Source of the DNA: Raillietiella orientalis
Lineage: Eukaryota
NCBI GenBank assembly: GCA_036172245.1
Contig: JAYWIR010000021.1
Location: forward strand, 496,001 to 560,000
Direction: 5' to 3'
DNA: 64,000 nt
In this document: positions 51,201 to 64,000 of the stretch, one piece after another
Numbering within the stretch: the stretch's first letter is position 1
Layout of the letters: each line of letters opens with the position of its first letter
Position numbers and translations under genes: made by a program
The notes under the pieces: generated by a model
Told to the model about the DNA's origin: nothing
Database searches by the model: none
The model's input: the letters and a program-made list of their open reading frames with translations, nothing else

Positions 51201-54200
51201 GAAAGGAGGTGGCAGCCACACACGGTCTTCTCCTCGCGTCCATCCGGAGCTCCCGCGCCGCATCCCCGCTGCCTGCCTGCCCCTCGACCAGCCCGCAAGG
51301 GGCCACCGAGGGATGAGCTCAGCTCCAGGGCGCGTCGCTGCCTCCTTTTCAGCGCGCGTTCCATCGTCGCCTTCTGGGAAAAAGAAAAAAAGAGGGGGAG
51401 CGCCGACTTGCAGGGAGGCGCCTCTTTTGTCCGCATGCGCCAGAGAAAGAGCCGACGGATGCGGTGGCTGCGAGCTCGGCTGCAGATCTTTCCCCACCTC
51501 CCCGCAGCGCCTGCCTGGCCTAACCTGGCCTTTGGCGTCGGGGGGTTCCCCGCGCGGGACGGGCTCACGCGGCTGCATCCCAGTCCGACCCGGAACGACC
51601 GGTCCGGGTAAAGGTTCAAATCTAACCTCGAGCAAGCCAAGGGTTACCAAGAGTAACCGATAAAAAGTTTGCCCCCTACGCGATGCCGTGTCTGAATGGG
51701 GGCATCGTATGCATGATTCAACACCCTACTTGTCCACGATTCAATTCCCGACTCTTGGATGAGCTGACCGCGCAACTGCCCCTCTAGAAGCGGATTCTTC
51801 TTTTTTGACCACCCCACCCCCTCCCCCGGTTTCGTTTTCTGCATTCGGATTTCCCTACGGGCGCGTAACTTCCGCATCTTTGGGATTTCAACAGCTCTGG
51901 TGCGAGAAGGCACCGTGGGCGACATCCATCCCGTTCTCTCCATCGGAAGCGTGCGAGATGGGTTTCCATAATCACGTCCTTCTGTGGAGGCAGGCATCCC
52001 CTCCCCCTCAGATACATCTCTCATCTCGGCTTTCTCGGATGCGATGGGAACGCCGCGCCGAGGGCGCTCCGTCAAATACCCTACGGGCGAGGAGGATCCA
52101 TCACGGCTGCCTTCGCTTCTTGCGTCCCTCTCTTGCATGAGCCTCGACAACCCGGCGCCGTGCGGCTCGGAATGCCCTCGGAAGGCGACCCGGGCAACGG
52201 AGGGGAGAACGGCAGCTCGCCAAAGCGCGGTGTCCCGAGAAGGGAACCGCAACGAGAAGACGGTGCCAACTTTCCTCTTCCCCCCCTCCCACAAGGCGGT
52301 GCCTTCCGTGCCTCACTCTGCGCGGTGCTGCTTTCGGAACCTGGAGACGAACCGGGACACCATCGGAGTGGAAGCTGCGTGGTTTCGCGTTTCGATCCGC
52401 GGAAGACCCTCTGCCCAAGTGGAAGTGCCATGGGGACACTCGGGGCCTCCCCCCTCCCCTCGTACGTCTTTTCCCGGGCTCTAGGAACGGGGGGATTCGA
52501 GTCGTCCTGCAGTGCGTGCCCGGTTACGCTGCAGTTCTTCCTGCTCTTTCTGCAGGTGACCTTCCCCCCACGCACACCTACAGTGCTCATTGCGTGTAAG
52601 AGCGGCCCATTTCCGAAGAATGGTTTCCACGCCTCCAGAAACTAGCGAGTGCCTTGGCCCCGGAGGACGTTCGACTGCCGTTTCATTTCCTGGTCGCGTT
52701 GGATTATGGATTCTCTCTCCTTTGTAGGCCAGGATGGAGGATCTCGCAGCGTTGCTCGGGGAGCGCTTCTTGGTATTTAACGGCTCTTCTTTTGAGTGGC
52801 CTTGCAGTGGTTCTTTGGTCGCTCTTGGAAATGGGCTTCCTGGATGACCGTTTTCCCGAGATTATCCAAAGAGAGAGCTCGATCTTCTCTCGTGCTGCTT
52901 GTCAGCGAGCGTCCGTTGCCATCGGTTGGAGAATGGCAACCGTTCAGCGTGCGCCTCTTCCGAGTGCGCATTCCTCGCGTGCTCAGGAGGCGCACTGCTC
53001 CATTGACCTGTCGAAGCGACGGGTCGGAACTGAAGAGGTCGACTCGGAAGGCACTCCGCGAGGGACCCCCCGGTTCGTTCAGCGTGAACCCCTCCCCCCT
53101 TTCTGAAAGTCCGCCTGGTTGCTCTTGGAAGCTGCGACCGCTTCCACCTGTCTTTGCGGTAGGAAGGAGCGCGAGCGGGTTGCCGACTGCAGTCTGCCAG
53201 TCCCTCGCAGCAGCTCCAGGCTGGCCTGTCCGCCTGCTCCTGTCTGCCAGTCCCTCGTTAGACCCATAGGAAGAAATTTTCCTGTTCACTAACTTCCTGC
53301 TGACGCTCAGCTAACCGATGAAAGAGATCCAGGATCAAGAGAAAAGAAAAGGAGGCTGATGACGTGATTCGAGATGGGAACCGTTCCAAGCGTGGAGAAG
53401 CTAATCTCTGCTTCGGGAGGAGGATGTCTCTGATTTCCGGCTTGCAAGAAAGGCGCGCGCGGTCCACATCCCGGGAAAGGGGGGCTTTCGTCGACCAGGT
53501 GTTTCGCCAGGTAGACGAGAAATTTTTCCCGCTTCCGTTTCGTGTTCCGCCCTCCATTTTCAATCTCGCCTTCCACGCTCAGGTCCTTCTCCGTTCCAAA
53601 GACAGCGAGCTTCCCAAAAGTGCCGGGAACGGCCCTCTTAACCCCATCCCGTCCTGAGAGTCCGGAGGAAGACTTCGAGCCGCGGATTTCTCCCGAGGAT
53701 CCGAACGGGAATTTTACGCACTCGCGCTTCGAACGTCACGAGTCATGAGGCGTTTCCTGAAAAGTGAGAAAGTCCTGACTCACGAGGCACCGGATGAACG
53801 GAAGCTCTTCCCAACCGCTCATCTTCGTCCCACGTTCAAGGGGGAGCGGTCATTAGTCACCCCGCTTCCGGGGCGGAAGCAGGGTGCCATTCGGGGCTGC
53901 GAAGGCTGCTGGCGGGTTTCGCGTCCGTCGACACGCCCGTTTCGTTCCGTTGCGGCCGTGGTGCATCGCGATCGCCTCGTACTAGTTACTCCCCCATCGT
54001 CACGTGCAAACAGGGTTGCCATGGCCGTGCCGTAACGATGGGCACGAAACCCCCTGTTGACTCAACGCGGAAGGCCACGTGCTGGCGGAGAGGGGTGAGG
54101 CGGTGCTGGAAGACCAGTCCAGTACTCGGTGAAAGGAACGGTTTCTTCCTTCCCCGTCTTCCTCCCAAAGGATGCAGCACTTTCGGGAACACGACGGAGG

Positions 54201-54333
54201 AAGTCGCTTTTGGCGACCCCTGCCTTTGCCATCTGGTGGGTTCGAGAGGCGAACCCTCAACTGGCAGCTCTCCTATCCAAGAGCGTCGGCGAGCACGCTG
54301 TGCCGCGAAAGAAGTCTTCTGGTATGGAAAGAG

Positions 54334-54340
<7 letters not shown>

Positions 54341-54382
<42 letters not shown>
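54341..54382. repeat. (GA)21 microsatellite
   Basis: Read directly; produces the (RE)n/(SL)n ORFs. Confidence 0.95.
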
Positions 54383-54388
<6 letters not shown>

Positions 54389-57249
54389 AAGGGGGCAATT
54401 TCTGGATCCTCGCGGGAGAGTCTTTGTCAAGACAAAGGTGGCAGAAAGAGACGAACCGCGCATACCCGCGATCGCAGCGCGAAGCGTCCAGCTGATCACA
54501 GCAAGACCAGAACGGAGTTCGCAGATTACGGAAGCTCGGGGGGCTGCAAGAATTCCGTCCTCTTACAGGCCCTTGTTGAGGAGCACGGAAGGAAATCGAA
54601 GGCGTGGATTTGCTCTCAATCTCGAAGGGTGCCGTGCATCTGTTCATCAGTACCAAACGAGACATCCGAACGCAACGCCGTTCAAATTCCCTGATTGGTG
54701 CTTGGCAAAGCGATGGAGAGCAGATCTGTCCTTTATTTATAGAAGAGATCTCTGTTTCAAGTCCTGAAGGTACTTCAGATGCAGGCATTAATAACGGATG
54801 AGTTCGAATCAGTAATTGATTCGTTGGAACAACAACGAGATTAAGGAAGAGGCACGGGAAGCGAGCACTTGGAATCTCTCTTCGGGTGCCGCGACGTCCT
54901 TCCCGTGAACGGAGCGGATCGGAAAGGCAGGAAGAAATTCCTTTCGGATGGAGGGAAACGGGAGAAGATCGCACTCGTTCACCGACCGCGGGGGTCCACC
55001 AGGACCGCCGCCTTTCTGCTCACCCGGAGGTCGGAAGGGGGGCGCATCAGTCTTTACAAGGTGCGACGAGAGGAAAGGAAGGCGAGGGAGCGCGTTCCCG
55101 GTTCCAGGATCAGGGCCATCACAGAGTCCTGCTAGGGCGCGGGGCGACCTGTCCGATCCGAATCCCGGCGTGCTGGCGCTGCGCACGACCTCCCGACGTT
55201 CCGACCGGTGACGCGTTCGGATGCGCAGCGGCGAGGTGAAGTTTTTCGTATGGGGCCGCCGCAGCCATCCTGAAGAGCGACCGGGTGAGCGGCGGCACAC
55301 CGTGCAATAGACCGATGAGAGAACGGCAAAGGTCCAGCTTCCGGGCTGAAGGCCGAACGGTGAGTCACGGGGGTGGGGTGGGGAGCACAGAAAACTCGGG
55401 CGGCCACGGGAGCGCTGAGGGGTTTTCGAATGGGAAAGGGCAGCTGGAAAGTTCCCGGATGACAGAGAGGCGGAGAGGACATGCCGAGTGAGGGAGAGGA
55501 GGAGGAGGAGGAAGAACCACTTGGCGCGCGCGGACGAGGCGGAGGCCGAGCCGGTCCCCGCACGCGGGCAGCGGAGAACGCGCGCCACAACGGCACCCGA
55601 GCAACCGGAAGATTCGTGTTCGATCTCGGCTCGCACGTGGTTGGCTGGCTGCAAGCAGCAGCACTGCCCTCAAGAGATTGGAGCTCTCGGTCTCGTCGAG
55701 ATTAAATCTCGCAATTAAGGTATGCGAGTGGCAAACTGTGTCAACAGTGGGTTGCATGCACCTCGGCACACTGTTGAGATCGTGAAAATGGGAAACCCTG
55801 CTTCTTCCGGAGATGAAATTCGATTAGGCCGAGATCGGGTTTTTGCTGGAGATTACGGGCACTCCGTTTTATAGGGAGCGTCGTGGGCAAACCATGACAA
55901 TACCCCATCAGGGTCCACGATGATGCAGCGCGGATCTCAGAAGGTTATTGCCCTCGCCCTAATGAAACCATGCCGCGGTTATTATGCTCTGGTGCCATCC
56001 CCCTCCCTCCCGTTCCACCTTATTGGCTGGTCAGCTCTTCTGCCTTCTTTTGCAAACAGCTGCAGTCAGCGACATGTGCATGCAACTGAAGAAGAAACAG
56101 AAGATTCGTGCCACTGTAAACCACAGTGGCACCCGTCGTCCAAGTTGAGGATTCCACTCTTGGAAGCCCCACCCAAACGATTCGTTCCACAATACGCAGC
56201 AAGAAAACCATCAGTGCAAAACGGAGTTGCATTCACGTCACCATCCGAAAACCACTCATCCGTTTTTTTTTCCCCCTTTTTTTTCTTCCGTCTTTGCCTT
56301 CCAATCTGCGGAACTCTCCACTCGGAGAGCTCTCACGGAGCTCCTCGAAGGTCTGGAGCAACAGCGAGCGAGCGTACTGCAGTGCGCCGTACCGTTCTTT
56401 GACGGCATTCTTCTCGTTCATTCATCATTCTGAAAGTCTTAGCAGTACTACCAGAGTCGCCGGCTCGGCTTCGCAGAGGAGGAGAAGGGTTCACCGGCAG
56501 ACGTTCAGCAGGCCCGGCCGACAAGAGCGCGGTAGTTCCGAATCAAAACAAAAAAACGGACTCGCGAGTAGGGAGCACTTGGCCGCATCCGCGGCGCCCC
56601 ACTTTCGTTTTCCGGAAATCCTTGCAATTTGCAGATTCGAGGACTCGAGGGCAGGCACGTTTCTTCTTCGGCTCGAGTCAGAGAGGAGCGACCGATTCGT
56701 CGATATCTCGACGAGTGTCCGGAAGCACCGAGGAATCTCTTGGGCTGAAGCTCCGGACTGACGAGTTCTTGTGTCGGAGATATGTTGGGATAAAAAGCCA
56801 TTTCGAAAACTCATTTCTTCGAGAGAAGAGGAATTTACTGAGATCCCCCCCCCTCCAAAAAAAAAAAAAAAGAGAGGGAGGGGGGATCAAATTTGTTCTC
56901 TTCCGAGTGTAACTGAAAAAGTGCAGCTGCAGTCGATCTCGGGGAACTCAAGAGAACGAAAACAAAAAAAACAAAAACAAAAACAAAAACAAGGACATTT
57001 ATTGCCTCGAAGGGAACTAGACCACAGCAGAAATACCGCGCTCATAAAAGTCGAGACGACGGGGGGGGGCACCGAATCATCCATCTCGAAAGAAGGCATC
57101 TCTACAGAGTTGAACATGAGCTTGCACGTGAGAGCCGTTCCGGCTCAGCGAAAGCATCATCGCTGGTGCGCGCTCAATGCTCATCGGAAACCACAGAAGG
57201 GAGGTGGTTCCGCTGGTGGTTCGAGCACCGGCGGAGGCACCTCTTGGAT

Positions 57250-58280
57250 GAAGGAGCACTTCTGACTGACTTGGGAAAGAGTTCGTCAGAAGCTTGGAGG
57301 GCATTTGGGCGACGAAGCGACCCGTCGAAGAAGGCCGGAGCTTCTTCTTTTGAGCCTGTGAGATCCCCGAGGGCGAAGGCGAAAAGAATGGGCACCCACC
57401 ATCTGCCGAGCAAAAAAGCAAGAGTTCGACGGTCAAGAGTCAGTCGCCTCGCAGCTTGACATGCAGACCTCCAGGAGAAGAAGAAGTCGGGAAGACCTCT
57501 GCGCTTTTCACGAACAGAATGACTGGGTGGTGCAGCTGACGTACCCCCGAACAATTCTGGAGGCACCACAGAAGGAAGTTCGAGGATCGTATGAGGATCT
57601 CTCCTTCCAGATCAACTACCGGATGTACGCAAAGGATGTACATGAAGCAACCCGGGACAACGAGAACCACCGTGCAGAAGGAACTCTATTCCTCATTTGG
57701 ATTAAGTTTCCTTTTTCACCCCCATTCAGAAATAACACGGATGCACTGATAAGCACATTTCATTTTCTGGTAGCCTTGTTGTAATTCCGGAGGACTGGAA
57801 TGTGTCGAATAAGTCCAACCGCAAACAAACCCGTCGCCATGGTTACGGATGCATAGTTTCGATCTAAAAGGCAACTTAAGAAGGAAGCAGTCCTTGATAA
57901 GCATTTCTTATCCGAGTCCTCACAAAGTCGGCGACTTCATACATGGTGTTAAGCACACACAGTCATGTAATGTAAACATTCTCTGATTTTCTCACATCTG
58001 AAGATCATCCCCAAATCTCAGTCAGAGATGCGGCGCTTCTGAGTTTTGAACGGCAGTAATTCTGCAATCCAGACTGCACTATCTGACGTGGCTATTTGTC
58101 TCATCCTGATTTCCTCTAAGTGTAAAAGATTCGCCACCAAGACGGTCAGCTCCTAGAAACCAGTTTCCACGGCAGCAATACAGTCCCATAGAAAGCACGT
58201 CTGCGTCTGCGGCGGCACTCAGTAAGAGCTCCTTGGCTGGCGTGCCAGATGAAAATTTGAGGCTGCTGAAAGAGAGCAAT
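57250..58280 (+). mobile_element. Decayed Tc1/mariner-type transposase
   Basis: Ordered motifs: LGKSSSEAWRAFG (HTH-like), KKKSGRPL (57487), PEDWNVSNKS (57787; cf. W..V.WSDESK), VKH..VM* (57948), HQDG-APR (58135), PDENLRLLKR (~58245; cf. SPDLNPIENLW..LKR). Region is locally lower in GC than its flanks. Confidence 0.5.
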
Positions 58281-61200
58281 AAAGGCTCTGTAGCGGTGAA
58301 AAACCCACAGGGTCTTCCTGGGGTCAAGTACTTTCCGCTGTGAAACCGCACGGATGTGGCAAAAAGTCTTTTGGGAACCAGCTCAGTGTTCCCAGATCTT
58401 TGAAAGAATTCACTCAAACGGAATGCCTACGCTGAAGCACCGCTTCCAAACGATTATGGAACTGCAAATCATACGCAAACTCTTAAGACTGCAAAGAAAA
58501 AAGAAAGAAAGAACCCTGAAATTGGGGTACCACATCCATGTGCGACGCGAAAAAAAAAACAAAAAAAAACAAAAAAGGATTCTTTATAATTTTTGTGCAA
58601 ACTTTGGCCGTATTTTCCCATGTGCTTGTTAGCAATTAAATCGAAGAAAGAACAAAGCAAAAGAATATCGGGGGATCGGTGAAGTGGTAATCAATGTCAC
58701 GCGAGAACTTCCGCTTTTGTTACCCGACGGTTCTCACGAATGCTGCCACTCAGGAAACGGGAAAAGAACAAAAGAAAAGAAAAAGAGAGAGAGAGGACGA
58801 GTTGTTTTCAGAGGTCTTCGAGGGAATTCGCGAGGGTGAATTTGCGTTTCTGTTCTCTGCTAATTGCCAAAGCAAGGCAGAGCAGCACGCAAGGCAGACC
58901 TCCAGAAAACTCTCACGGTTCCGGCAGCGAAATCGGTGCTCGGGTGCTACCCGAGATGGGGGGTCAGGAACCTTGGCCACCTGCGTCGCAGCCACTCCCA
59001 GAGGAGACGTTATTACAAGTGACTCGTTATTACACTGCGTCTAGCGGGAAGGGCGAGACCACTGAGGAAGCGGAGGATGAGGCAAAGATTTCGTCGCTTC
59101 CTTCCCAGGCCAGCATCCCGTAGCTTCCGCTTCGCCATCATCAGAGGGGGCTTTCCGGTGGATTGGTCCTGCGCCAGATCCGATCTCGAGAGGCTGCAGG
59201 GTGCGCATTGCTGTGGGAATTGCCAGCTCCTCTTCGTGCGCCTCGTGCAGCCAAAAGAAACGAAAAACGGGAGACCCTGGACTCTTCCTGAAACCCGTTT
59301 AGCACCAGCGTGGCGGTGGCCAGCGAAGGTTTCTTTTCCAGTCGGCAGGAGCAACGGAATTGCTCGGGGATACGGAGTGTGACCGCACCTCGGGAAGCGT
59401 CGTCACTTTGCAACTTTGCGTGTTCCGTACACCTTCGTCACGTGACCGTGGTCTTCGTCTGAACCCCGAGATCGTCAGCATGTCCAGCTTCTCTCAAGGA
59501 TTTCTGGTGTCCAGAGCGCGGCTGCCTATCCACCGAGGCTGTCTATCTTCGTATCCATGGTCACCCTCCCTCCATTCAGAAGGACGGCGCTGATGCTGCA
59601 GAGCCGGTTGCGGGAGCTCTTTGTCGGTTGCGGGCGACGAGCGATAATTGCAGACTTCGAGTACCTAAAGGTCAATTAAGAGAGCAAAGCGAGGATGCGT
59701 GCGAAACTGGTAATCAAGGAGACCACGTGTCGAGGAGAATCCGAAAACAGTCGATCCTACGGAGCCAACAAGCTGGCAGGGCGAGTCGGGATGCGAGTCA
59801 GGGAAGCCGCCCAGCTTTGCCGCATCCACTCGTCCCCCGTCCAAGAGGACCCATCCCGACAAGCCGATCCGAGGAGGAGTCAAGGGGGGGTCAAGGAGTG
59901 CTTGTAAAAATCGAGCGCTCGCAGGTTTCTGGGTCCTCGGCGCGCTCCGTGCCTCAGGGATCGGAGTGGCGCCTGCTTGGACTCTTGGCCGTTCATCGCT
60001 CGCCACGAAGGCCACTCGCACCGAAGACGGATAGGTCGGTCTTCGCTGATGGTCTCACGAGAGACGGAACTGGAAAGTCCTCAGCTCTCGAGGGAGCCCC
60101 CTTCCCATCCTCCCGTGGAACGGACGTGCGGTACACCTTCCGCGCGTGCGTTCCCTGCGAACCACGCGCTCTTTCGCTAGACCTTTCTCGAGCGGGGAGG
60201 ATTGGCTGGAGAAAAAGCAGCGCCGGTGGGCTATTGGGGCAGAGGGAGTGACATGTCCTCTGCGCTTCTCCGGAGGAAGAATGGGAAAGGATGAGTCCCG
60301 ATGCCTATCTGGGCTGCCGGAGAGGGCATCCCTGACTCCCGGCAATGGCGCGCGCGGGCTGCCTTCGAAAGGCGCGCATGCAACGGATGCCTACAAAGCT
60401 ATCCGTTGGCCGCGCAACGAAGATGTCACGGAAGCCTCCCTTGGCGCTGCGGAAGCAGAGAGGTCAACGGGTACCACTCCTTGCAAGGGGTGAATGCTTG
60501 TGGACTCCACCTGCGAACTCCTGGAGGGCATTTCTTAGGACTTCCGATGAGGTCACTTCGCGGGTCGAAGGGCTGTGAGCAGCGAATGAGTGCATGGGTG
60601 GTGGAGAAGGCCTCGTTCGGCTCCTCTGGCAGATGGCGTTCGGCGGTTGAGCTCTCCTCTTGAACAGAGGCTTGGAAGGCGGAGGCGTTCTACTGACTGG
60701 AGGCTCTGGGGACTCCCCCTCATCAATGAGACCAAAGCAACAACGGGCCGCTTCGATGACTGACGTGCCCCACGGTCTCGAAGACTGGAGCCTCTCCCCC
60801 CTGCCTTCGGTCTTTTTCCCGGAGACCTCCGAGCACTCGCTTTTCGGTCAAGTCAAGGGCGGAACTTGCGCAATGATCTCGGGGCGAGAGCTCGCTCTCC
60901 AGCAGCGCTCCTAGCGGCGCCGCGAAGCAGGGCGGTCGCCCCCCTCGGATCTGCAGTGGGAATGCACCGCAAGGTAAAGGAATCGATGAATCTGGGTCCC
61001 TCCGCCCCTTCATCCGTGTGTCCCACGGACACCCGCCATCAGCTTGGGTTTCCGTGGGACCGACGACGTCTGTCCGTTCCAGGGACCACCGCCGCTCTCG
61101 ACGTTTCTTCTCATGCCGGAGGACTCTCGCGTTCCTAGTCCGCCTTTCGTCCCCGCCCCGCCCTTCCGTTTGCTCCACGTTCGGATCCCGTCGCCCGCCC

Positions 61201-62788
61201 TTCCAGTTTTCCCAGAGGGCGAGCAGGGACGCTCAGGATGGCGCGTAGGTCGCATCGAATCGCAGGGAAAAGGAACAGCGCCACACGAGGCGGTTCGCGG
61301 GAAAATCCCCTTGGCTCCGGGTAGCGGCACGGGCTCCACTTTCCACCTAATGGGGCCGCGTTTCATGGGCTTTCCGGAGCCGGGGACACGTCAGCACCTA
61401 GCGCCCCACTTTCACCGCAACCCCCTGAAAAGATTGCCAGCGAGGTGCCCGAAACCGGGTCGAAGGGGGGACGATCGTGAAGAACGCGCGAGGGCTGTGG
61501 AGGACCAGTCGACGGCGGCGACGCGGAAGCCCTGGGGAATTTTCTTCCTTTCACGTGGATCCGGCTCTAAACCTTCACTGGTACCATCTGGCCAAAGGGA
61601 CCATCTGACACGGGACGGGCAAGAGAAAAAGGTTCCCCCGTCCCGTGTCGTCCTGCCTCGCGGCAAGCGGAGAGAGCACATGGCAACGGTAGTCAAGAAC
61701 GCAGAAGGAGCCACTGCATTTCTTCTCGTTCCAGTGCAAAAGTTTGCAACTCAAACTTTGCGCCCTTCCCCACTCCCTCCCCTTTTATCCTACTCTAAAG
61801 GGGTGTCTTCGACCCTCGTCCAACTGCATCACCGATCGAAGAGATGCTTGCCTCGTGAAATCATTGCCCTTCGTCTCTTCAGAAGCTTCTAGAAGTACCA
61901 GAGTTCTCAAGCCTTTAGGAACTTCGGTCCGTCCCCCCAGAATCTGAGAGTGAAGGGGAAGGAGGAGGAAGAGAGGACCCACCCGGAGTTGCGTGGGAAG
62001 CCCGGAAGTGCAGAAGGCGGCCCCTCGAAGAGTCGCAAGAGCGGACGAACCACAGTTGCCGTCCCAAGTGGGTGAAGACTTGAGGATTCGAGCGGCAGCT
62101 CCCCCTTCCTCCTTCTCCTGTGGAATTTTTCCGCAGGGGATGCACGTGACCCGCGTAGACCCCCAGTCACGTTCGACTGATTAAAGGGCCTGGCGCTTCA
62201 CGGGAACAGCCCATCGCAGTGGCTTCCCGTCCTGCCTCCTGACTACGACGAATCTCAGAGGGGTTCCGAGAGACCAGGTCAACTCTCCGCAAAGAGGTGA
62301 CGACGCGACAGCAGCGCCGGTCGTTGTCAACGAGACGAGGCCAGGGCTAATATACGAAGCCAACAGGAAGGTCGGGGAGTGTTGATTACACGGGTGATGG
62401 GTGTCTTCGAAGGAGGGCACGAACGGTAGCCAAGCAGCCGCAGGCAGCCGCGCGAAGGGAAAACACGGAGACGCTGAGCAAACACGGAATCTCGACGAAA
62501 GCAAACCGAACGGAGGCGACCTCAGCGGTATTGAAAAAAAAGGGCGGGAAGGGGAGCGGGATTCCTCCTTGCCGAATGTATCCGGCGAACGAGGGGGGAT
62601 CGGCCATCGTGTGACCCCACAACCATCTACCATCGCATATCTTTCGGAGAGGGGGGCGGATGCATCACTCTTTGTTCACCTTGAAAGGTAAAGGAAGGAA
62701 GGACGGAAAGTAAGGGGGAAGAGGAGGGGTCCTTCAAAGAGCGGCTTCCGTGGAAAACCAGAGCTTTCCTTTGCGGACGCTTTGGCTC

Positions 62789-62821
62789 CACTTTGATCTT
62801 AGCCAAAAGGCCGAGAAGCGA
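62789..62821 (-). pseudogene. U2: 3'-truncated U2 snRNA retropseudogene (U2 nt ~2-34) with target-site duplication
   Basis: Minus strand TCGCTTCTCGGCCTTTTGGCTAAGATCAAAGTG matches the conserved U2 5' end, then diverges; flanked by identical GACGCTTTGGCTCC at 62776-62789 and 62820-62833. Confidence 0.93.
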
Positions 62822-64000
62822 CGCTTTGGCTCCGGAAGGTCCCAACGGCACTTCGCCAGCGCCCCGTGCTTTCCAAGTGGGGAAGAAAAGAAGGAAAAGT
62901 AAGAAAGTGGCACCCTTATTCCGCCTTATTCCGGGATGCGGGTGGGCAGGCAGGAATTTACACGGTGGGCAAACCTCGGCGGAGGACGGGAAAACCTCGG
63001 GTGGTCGGCGTTCGGGTTCGTCCTGGGTAGCCTTGAGTGGTCGGTGTGCAGGAATGCAAAGGAGCACACGCGTGGATGGTGGTGGGCGGGATACGCCTGC
63101 ATTCGATTACGACGGGAAGGGATCAGGGAACGACAACTCTGGAACGGCTGCGTTTCTTGCCTAATAGGCCGCGGATCGGAGCCAAAGAGGGAAGAGGAGG
63201 AAGCGGGGGAGACCCTGTTAGACTTGCCCGGCGTGCGTCGAAGATTCCCGGAGCGGCTCCGTGCCTTCCCGTATCGATCGGCTACGCTAAATTTCCGTCG
63301 GGGAGAGTTGGGAGGAGTGAAAGCAGTGTTGCCACGCTTCGCGCCGGCGTGATCTGAGGGGCGGGGGGTGGTTCCAAGGGACCGATCGCCCTGCCCTTTC
63401 TTCCCTCCCTTTGCGGAGCGACGAGAGTCTGGGCATTGCGGCGCAAAGATGTGAGCGGGGAAGGGAAGATCACCACCATTGGATACAACGGGACGAGTGG
63501 GGTGCGGGCGTCCCCCAGACAGGGCGGGGGATCCGAATTTCACCAGGAGCCAGAAAATTCCCAATTCACGATGGAAAATCGTGAATCCGCCTGCGGGCGA
63601 ACTCCCATGCGGATGCGTTCACCACCAGGAGCGCCCGGGGTTCCCAGCGCAGAGTCCTCCGGGTCATCCCATAAAATGACCCGCAAGGCGGCTCCATGTG
63701 CACCGCCGCGTCTTCTTGTGATACCACTCGGCTCGCGAACCCTCGGTCAGCACTCGGTTAGGGTCGCTCCGCGACACGCCCATTGCGCATCCGGCGCCGG
63801 GCTGGGAGCCCCGACAGCGGCCGTCAAACTGCGGTGGGCGCGCTGCTCGGGAGGGGGTTGACAAAATAATGAGAAGTTTTTATTTAAATATTTTCAAAAA
63901 TAATAGAGAGAAGAATTAAGAAGAGGGAATTTTTGTAGTTTATAGTTTTCAATTTAAATTAATTAATTAATGGAAATATAGTTCTTCATAGTGAATTACA

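Larger units (their letters stand above)
44000..63860. other. About 20-kb GC/CpG-rich region with no recognisable protein-coding exon
   Basis: Dense overlapping Arg/Pro/Gly/Ser-rich ORFs in all frames with no family motifs, interspersed homopolymer runs and microsatellites; ends abruptly at 63860. Confidence 0.6.

Noticed and set aside
55741..55778. miRNA precursor (TCAACAGTG...CACTGTTGA)
   Set aside because: Stem only ~9 bp and no known mature miRNA sequence recognised.
62789..62821. Functional U2 snRNA gene
   Set aside because: Only the first ~34 nt are present; no branch-recognition remainder, Sm site or 3' stems.
44000..63864. Numerous 100-280 aa ORFs on both strands
   Set aside because: Overlap in all frames, Arg/Pro/Gly/Ser-rich, no recognisable domains; expected by chance at high GC.

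Overview
Animal (bilaterian invertebrate, probably arthropod-like; species not identifiable) genomic DNA, not prokaryotic. Manual splicing recovers four intact genes: LRP5/6 (arrow) Wnt co-receptor (minus, 14 exons, ~1569 aa), TBCA tubulin cofactor A (plus, 2 exons, 111 aa, missed by the ORF track), an intronless type I PRMT of the PRMT6/Art8-like kind (plus, 348 aa), and DNMBP/Tuba SH3-RhoGEF-BAR (minus, 15 exons, ~1042 aa) ending 28 bp from the PRMT stop. 20 of 28 modelled introns are only 36-53 nt. Gene bodies are AT-rich and CpG-poor, while promoters, 1-6.8 kb and 44-63.9 kb are CpG-rich, which resembles mosaic gene-body methylation. Intergenic DNA holds decayed hAT, Merlin, Tc1, tRNA-SINE and NeSL/Utopia-type retroelement relics. 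The most notable observations are a 33-nt U2 snRNA 5' fragment between perfect 14-bp direct repeats (62776-62833), a Utopia-like (U2-targeting clade) relic in the same window, an array of related GC hairpins with cUUCGg tetraloops (4770-5291), and micro-introns whose acceptors look length-defined. All homology calls are by eye from remembered motifs; no searches were run. Most ORFs in the GC-rich regions are considered spurious.
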